The notes under the pieces were generated by a model that was not told where the DNA came from, made no database searches, and saw only the letters and a list, made by a program, of their open reading frames with translations. Source: Alkalispirochaeta sp. (lineage in GTDB: Bacteria; Spirochaetota; Spirochaetia; DSM-27196; Alkalispirochaetaceae). From it: DNA of 64,000 bases. Both the position numbers and the translations under genes were made by a program. Below, piece after piece: positions 58,808 to 64,000 of the stretch. The DNA is taken from assembly GCA_965601925.1 (NCBI GenBank), contig OZ271854.1, positions 4,608,001-4,672,000 on the forward strand, written 5' to 3'. Every line of letters starts with the position of its first letter. The stretch's first letter is position 1.

Positions 58808-59497
58808 TCAATCGCACCCCCGCTGAAGGGTCCGTATCGCCGCCTCGTCGAGGATTTCGATGGTGGACCCTTCGCAGCGGACAATTCCCTCCCGCGCCAT
58901 ATTCCCAAGCTCCCGCGAAAGCGAGGGACGGGCGACGCCGAACATATCGGCCAGCGTCTCGCGCGATAACGTGGGACGGATAACCGACGTGCCGCGCCGG
59001 TCCATCTCGTCGACTAAAAAGACGGCGATCTTCTGTCTGAGCGTGGCGAACTCACTCAGACGCAACCGGTTCGCCAAAAAGGCCGTACGACGCCCCATAT
59101 CGTGCAACAGACCGAGTAGGACGTCCCGGTCCTCCCGGCAGTGGAAGAGCAGGCGTTCTCGCGCCATGCCGGCGAGGGTACACCGCGATACGGAAGTCAC
59201 CGTCACCGGCAAGATGGGTTCGGGAGCAAACAAGATAGATGAGGCGATGATCTCGGGTGCGAAGAACCGCTCGACTCGGAGGTGGTGGCCGTCGGCGCTG
59301 AAGATCTCGGCCTGCGCCTGCCCGTCGACCAAGAGCATGAGATGATCGAGGGTGGCTCCGCGAATCGCGACCGTCCGACCGGGGGAATACCGTACGACGG
59401 CACCTTCCATGTCGTCGGCCATTCTGAGTAAACGGCGCTCCGCTACCCCCTTGAACGGGAGTGTTCCCGAAAGGGCGTGGGCGATGATCTCGCGCAT
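58808..59497 (-). CDS. Crp/Fnr family transcriptional regulator (HcpR-like)
   Basis: cNMP-type N-terminal domain and HTH LSRETLADMFGVARPSLSREL. Confidence 0.9.
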   Translation of the reverse strand: MREIIAHALSGTLPFKGVAERRLLRMADDMEGAVVRYSPGRTVAIRGATLDHLMLLVDGQAQAEIFSADGHHLRVERFFAPEIIASSILFAPEPILPVTVTSVSRCTLAGMARERLLFHCREDRDVLLGLLHDMGRRTAFLANRLRLSEFATLRQKIAVFLVDEMDRRGTSVIRPTLSRETLADMFGVARPSLSRELGNMAREGIVRCEGSTIEILDEAAIRTLQRGCD

Positions 59498-59528
59498 ATC
59501 CCTCTCCCGATTCGCGTTCGACGATTCG

Positions 59529-59544
59529 TGTAACGTATGTTACC
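59529..59544. promoter_or_regulatory. Crp/Fnr-type palindrome TGTAAC-GTAT-GTTACC
   Basis: GTAAC-N4-GTTAC lies in the divergent regulator/narK spacer, upstream of a TATACC -10 at 59567. Confidence 0.7.
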
Positions 59545-59592
59545 GACCGTTTCCGCCCCGTATCGGTATACCTGAAAGAGGGGGTGGAATCA

Positions 59593-60939
59593 ATGGCTAA
59601 GGCGCACAACGGCAACACGACCGACGGTGTCGGGACGGCGACGATACAGGGGAGCCCCACCGCGGGACTCGTGGGGGCGACGATCGGATTCTTCATCGGG
59701 TTCGCCGCGGTATCGCTGTTCGGCCCGACCGTAGCATATCTCCACCAACAGGTCGGGCTTTCGGCCGCCCTCGCGGGGCTACTCATATCGATTCCGAATC
59801 TAACCGGCTCACTGTTACGGATACCCTTTTCCGCGATGGTAGATCGAGACGGAGGACGTCGACCTTTTATCGCATTGCTGTCGGTCTCCCTGGTCGGTGT
59901 CGTCGGCATTGCCGTTATCATTTCACAGCCACGGGAACGCATATCGGAGTTGTACGGCTGGCTCCTTCTGTTCGGTGCCTTGGGTGGTTTCGGGAGCGCG
60001 ACGTTTTCGGTGGGTATCAGCCAGACCTCGTACTGGTTCGACCAGAAGCGTCAAGGGGCCGCGTTGGGAACCTACGCGGGGCTCGGCAACCTTGCCCCCG
60101 GCGTCTTCGCATTCCTGCTCAGTACGATAACCATTCCGCGCATCGGCCTCGCCGGGTCGTACGCGTTGTGGGCCGTTATGCTCGCCGTCGGTACCGCAAT
60201 CTATCTGAGGATCGGTAAAAACGCACCGTACTTTCAGCTGCGAGCGGCCGGGCTTGACGACGTGCAATCGCGGAAGCTCGCGGCGCATCACGGTCAAGTG
60301 TTGTTTCCCGCGTTCGGCGTCATGGAGTCGCTCAAACGTTCGGCCCGCGTCTGGCGGACGTGGATGCTCGTGGCGATCTACTTCACCAGTTTCGGCGGAT
60401 TCATGGCCCTCACCGGGTGGTTTCCCAAGTACTGGCAAGGCTACCACGGGGCGTCGATAGGGGTCGCGGGAAGTCTCGCCGCCGCCTACTCGATACTGGC
60501 CTCCCTTTCCAGAGTGGCCGGCGGCGCCGTTGCGGACCGAGCCGGGGGCGTACGTACCGCCCTCATCGCCATCGTGGCGCTCGCAGCCGCAGCGATCATG
60601 ATGACCTTCGCCGTAACCGCCGTTGTGGCGCTCCTCGCCATGCTCTTCATGGCGATCGCTATGGGGGTCACCAACGCCGCAGTGTTCAAACTCGTGCCTC
60701 AAGTGGTACCGGATGCGGTCGGCGGAGCGGCCGGTTGGGTCGGCGGCCTTGGGGCGTTCGGCGGGTTCGTCATACCCAACGTTCTGGCGGCGTTTTTGAA
60801 CGGCGGACCGCACGGCTATGCCCGCGGATTCGTCAGTTTCGTCGTCCTCGCGGTCGTCTCCGGCTTTGCAATCCTGGCGGTGGGACGACGAGATGCGGAC
60901 GAAACGACGAGGGGGCCACATCGGGAGGATTCGGCATGA
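59593..60939 (+). CDS. narK: Nitrate/nitrite MFS transporter (NarK/NNP family)
   Basis: GSLLRIP, FSVGI..TSYWF...QG.ALG..AGLGN and GWVGGLGAFGGF motifs. Confidence 0.88.
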   Translation: MAKAHNGNTTDGVGTATIQGSPTAGLVGATIGFFIGFAAVSLFGPTVAYLHQQVGLSAALAGLLISIPNLTGSLLRIPFSAMVDRDGGRRPFIALLSVSLVGVVGIAVIISQPRERISELYGWLLLFGALGGFGSATFSVGISQTSYWFDQKRQGAALGTYAGLGNLAPGVFAFLLSTITIPRIGLAGSYALWAVMLAVGTAIYLRIGKNAPYFQLRAAGLDDVQSRKLAAHHGQVLFPAFGVMESLKRSARVWRTWMLVAIYFTSFGGFMALTGWFPKYWQGYHGASIGVAGSLAAAYSILASLSRVAGGAVADRAGGVRTALIAIVALAAAAIMMTFAVTAVVALLAMLFMAIAMGVTNAAVFKLVPQVVPDAVGGAAGWVGGLGAFGGFVIPNVLAAFLNGGPHGYARGFVSFVVLAVVSGFAILAVGRRDADETTRGPHREDSA

Positions 60940-63038
60940 AAACGATTCGAACGACCTGCAGTTACTGTTCCGTGGGGTGCAACTTCGACGTTGAGCTGGA
61001 CGACGGCGGGACGGTCACGCAGTACCGACCGAGTCCGTCCTACCCGGTCAATCGGGGAAGATCGTGTCCCAAAGGATTCAACCTGTTGGTTCCCTTCGAG
61101 GCGGATGATCGCCTCACTCGCCCCTTGGGGCGCGATACCTCCGGCAACCTCATCCCGATATCGTGGGACGAGGCGGCGCGACGCTTCGTCGACCGCTTCC
61201 GCACGACGCTGGAACGCTACGGGCCGGAGTCGGCGGCCTTCATCAGCACCGGGCAGATGCCGACTGAGGAGATGGCACTCCTCGGCGCCTTCGCGAAGTT
61301 CGGTATGGGTTTGATACACGGTGACGGGAATACCCGTCAGTGCATGGCCACGGCCGCAGTGGCGTACAAGCAGGCGTTCGGGTTCGATGCACCACCGTTT
61401 ACCTACACCGACGTGGAGGAATCGGACCTCTTGATTTTTGTGGGCGCCAACCCGGCAATCGCCCACCCCGTGTTGTGGCACCGTGTCAAAAAAAACCGAG
61501 ACCGAAAAACGGTGATCGTTATCGACCCGAGGCGGACGAAAACGGCCCACGCCGCGGACATCCACCTTCCGATTCAACCCAAAGGGGACCTGCAACTGCT
61601 CTACGCCGTGGCCCATGTACTGATCGAGCGGGAGTGGATCGATGCGCCGTTCGTGCGGAATCACACTTCGGGCCTCAAGGAGTACGCCGTTCACGTGCGC
61701 CGCTTCGATCCCGAGACCGTGGCGCCCGCCGTCGGACTCTCGGTCGCCGCACTATACGATCTCGCAGAGCGCATCCATCGGGCAAAAGCGGTTTCGGTCT
61801 GGTGGACGATGGGGGTCAACCAGAGCCACCAAGGGGTCCGGACGGCGCAGGGGATCATCAACCTCTGCCTCCTGACCGGCAATATCGGAAGACCCGGCAC
61901 GGGTCCCAACTCAATCACCGGCCAGGCCAACGCGATGGGTTCGCGGCTGTTCAGCAACACCACCGGCCTCTTCGCCGGCTATGATTTTCAGAAGCCTGAG
62001 GATCGCGCTCACATCGCCGACCTTATGGGAATCGACGTCGCACGAGTGCCGAGCAAAAACGGCGCGCCGTACCACAAGATTCTTGAAAAGATCGAAGAGG
62101 GAACGGTTCGAGCCCTCTGGATCATCGCCACCAATCCGGCCCATTCGTGGATCGGCAAGACACATCAACTCCTGGAGCGTCTAAAACGTCTCGATTTTCT
62201 CGTCGTGCAGGATCTCTACCGTACCGCGGAGACGGTCGAGCTGGCGGACCTCGTCTTACCGGCCGCGGGGAGCGGCGAGAAGGAGGGCACGTTCATCAAC
62301 TCCGAGCGACGAATCGGCGTCGTCCAAAAAGTGCTTGATCCGCCGGGGGAGGCGCGGAGCGACTTCGAGATCTTCAAGCTCCTCGCCGAGGCGTGGGGAT
62401 GCGGCGATCTCTTTGCACGGTGGAGGAGGCCGGAGGATGTATTCCGGTTCCTCGTCACAACGACAAAGGGCCGCCCGTGCGACATTACCGGTATCGAGGG
62501 CTACGATGCGCTACGAGAATCCGAGGGAATCCAGTGGCCCTTCCCGGACCACGATCGCGACGAGGGCGTGCATCGCCGCCTCTTCACAGACGGTCGCTTC
62601 TTCAACCCCGACGGACGGGCGCGCATACTCTTCTCCGACATCGAGGAGGTACCGGAGCCGGTCGACGAGCGCTACCCCTTTGTACTGCTGACCGGCCGCG
62701 GTACCGCGGTGCAGTGGCACACCCAGACGCGCACCGGCAAGGTTCCGGAGCTGCGCAGACACTACCCCGAGGAGGTGTACGCGGAGGTACACGCGACCGA
62801 CGCGGCGAACCTCGCCCTACGTGACGGCGACCGCGTACGAATATCGTCCCGCCGCGGAACGGTGACGGCCCGGTGCCGCGTGACCGATACCGTCGGCCCC
62901 GGCCGGATATTTCTCCCGATGCACTACCGGGAGACGAACGTACTGACCTTTCCCGCCTTCGACCCGTACAGCGCCGAGCCGAGCTACAAATGGGCGGCGG
63001 TCGCGCTACGACGGGTCGACGGAGACGAATCGCCGTGA
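60936..63038 (+). CDS. Cytoplasmic molybdopterin nitrate reductase catalytic subunit (NarB/NasA-like)
   Basis: CSYCSVGC...CPKG 4Fe-4S motif, TRQCMA Mo-ligand Cys, GQANAMG and QWHTQTRT motifs. No Tat signal. Confidence 0.9.
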   Translation: MKTIRTTCSYCSVGCNFDVELDDGGTVTQYRPSPSYPVNRGRSCPKGFNLLVPFEADDRLTRPLGRDTSGNLIPISWDEAARRFVDRFRTTLERYGPESAAFISTGQMPTEEMALLGAFAKFGMGLIHGDGNTRQCMATAAVAYKQAFGFDAPPFTYTDVEESDLLIFVGANPAIAHPVLWHRVKKNRDRKTVIVIDPRRTKTAHAADIHLPIQPKGDLQLLYAVAHVLIEREWIDAPFVRNHTSGLKEYAVHVRRFDPETVAPAVGLSVAALYDLAERIHRAKAVSVWWTMGVNQSHQGVRTAQGIINLCLLTGNIGRPGTGPNSITGQANAMGSRLFSNTTGLFAGYDFQKPEDRAHIADLMGIDVARVPSKNGAPYHKILEKIEEGTVRALWIIATNPAHSWIGKTHQLLERLKRLDFLVVQDLYRTAETVELADLVLPAAGSGEKEGTFINSERRIGVVQKVLDPPGEARSDFEIFKLLAEAWGCGDLFARWRRPEDVFRFLVTTTKGRPCDITGIEGYDALRESEGIQWPFPDHDRDEGVHRRLFTDGRFFNPDGRARILFSDIEEVPEPVDERYPFVLLTGRGTAVQWHTQTRTGKVPELRRHYPEEVYAEVHATDAANLALRDGDRVRISSRRGTVTARCRVTDTVGPGRIFLPMHYRETNVLTFPAFDPYSAEPSYKWAAVALRRVDGDESP

Positions 63039-63700
63039 GGCGACGGAACGGTACGCCGGTCGCCGCCTCCCGGGCGATGGAGGTCGGTGGGCCGCCTCCG
63101 CTCTACGGTCTGGTGCTCGGTGGAGGAAAGAGCGTGCGTATGGGCACGGCAAAGGAGCACCTCCGGTATCCGGCGCACCCCGCCTACCGGCGCCTCCTGG
63201 ACCTCTTCGAGGCCGCGTCGGTTCCGGCGTATCTCTCCGTTGCGTCCGATTCCCGAGACGGATCGTACCCGGATCAGCAGTATCCCCTCGCCGAGGCCGA
63301 CTGCGTGCTCGTCGATGCACTCCCGAACGTCGGACCGGCCGGTGGTCTCCATACCGCCCATCTGCGATTTCCGTCGGCCGCATGGTTCGTCGTGGCGTGC
63401 GATCTACCGTTCGTCGACGAGCGCACGGTATCGCACCTCATCGCCCGTCGCAGCATGACTGCGCACGTGACCGCGTACATCGATCGAGAGGGATGGATAC
63501 AACCGGTATGTGCCATATGGGAACCGCGAGCTTTGGAGCGATTGCAGCGTCGAGTTCGCTCCGGTAGGTTCGGACTGTATCGATCGATTGTCGGGGGGCC
63601 GATCCACACCGTGCCGGCGAATCACCCCTTCGAGCTCTGCGATGTCGATACTCCGGAGGAGTTACGACGGGCCCGGTCTCTCACGAATCCCGCATTATGA
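63035..63700 (+). CDS. mobA: Molybdenum cofactor guanylyltransferase
   Basis: LGGGKSVRMG..K, GPAGGL, VACDLP and DVDTPEE motifs. Confidence 0.88.
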   Translation: MRRRNGTPVAASRAMEVGGPPPLYGLVLGGGKSVRMGTAKEHLRYPAHPAYRRLLDLFEAASVPAYLSVASDSRDGSYPDQQYPLAEADCVLVDALPNVGPAGGLHTAHLRFPSAAWFVVACDLPFVDERTVSHLIARRSMTAHVTAYIDREGWIQPVCAIWEPRALERLQRRVRSGRFGLYRSIVGGPIHTVPANHPFELCDVDTPEELRRARSLTNPAL

Positions 63701-63712
63701 GGAGGGCAAGGT

Positions 63713-64000
63713 ATGAGAAGAACCAACGACCGCCGCTATCTGTCCGCGGTGATACGTGCGGGGTCTCTGTGGGGTATCGCCGAGGCGACCCTCGGATTTG
63801 CCCTGCATACCGCGAGCAGGGTCGCTCCGGTGCCCAACATTTCCGGAGCGGTCATGTTTCCCGTAGCATTGGCATTCATGCTCTACGCCGTCGGCGCGAC
63901 CCGCCGGAGCCACGCCGCTCTCTCCGCCGCTGTGGTAGCGGCGGCAATCAAAGCGGGGAGCCTCGTCCTGCCGGGAGTGAGCTTCATCTTCGTCCGCAAT
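63713..64000 (+). CDS. Hypothetical membrane protein (3' partial; not in the ORF track)
   Basis: RBS GAGGAGG. Open frame MRRTNDRRYLSAVIRAGSLWGIAEATLGFALH...AAAIK runs to the window end. Confidence 0.75.
   Translation, partial: MRRTNDRRYLSAVIRAGSLWGIAEATLGFALHTASRVAPVPNISGAVMFPVALAFMLYAVGATRRSHAALSAAVVAAAIKAGSLVLPGVSFIFVRN

Noticed and set aside
60360..60935. 892-aa version of the nitrate reductase with a long N-terminal extension
   Set aside because: The extension overlaps narK in another frame. The real start is ATG 60936 after GGAGG.
1..64000. CRISPR arrays, tRNA/rRNA, transposases, integrases, phage or defence genes
   Set aside because: None was recognised on either strand by motif or repeat inspection.

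Overview
GC-rich (roughly 65%) bacterial chromosomal segment. It is probably from a free-living Spirochaetaceae-like organism; this is an inference from the MCP style, the Cys-less 'AGAQGE' solute-binding signal and the Gx-transporter locus. It is densely packed with about 52 genes, mostly accessory catabolism. In order: (1) an MCP followed by an unexplained acid-catabolism island (divergent CapA-like metallophosphoesterase, two tandem paralogous hypothetical proteins, an atypical LarA homologue, an orphan LeuCD-type hydro-lyase, MmgE/PrpD and two enolase-superfamily enzymes); (2) an orphan solute-binding lipoprotein coupled to a membrane-anchored AraC regulator, then a DppBCDF-type ABC operon without its binding protein, AKR, DgoD-like dehydratase, MFS and GNAT; (3) a GH29 fucosidase/carbohydrate ABC operon with a frameshifted second membrane AraC regulator, AKR, a heterodimeric ABC exporter and an un-called glycoside-hydrolase pseudogene; (4) Ca/Na antiporter, Fe-ADH, canonical LarA, VOC, Gx transporter and tautomerase; (5) two convergent operons forming an Ula-type PTS regulon (PRD regulator, IIA, HPr / IIB, IIC, ketose 3-epimerase, DhaL, DhaK, class II aldolase, FucI-like isomerase, GH42) that share a previously uncalled operator-promoter motif; (6) MCP, HAD hydrolase, a decayed OMP-like gene and a Crp/Fnr-NarK-nitrate reductase-MobA cluster with an HcpR-like palindrome. 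No rRNA, tRNA, CRISPR array, transposase or phage gene was found. All family calls come from motif recognition by eye, not from database searches.
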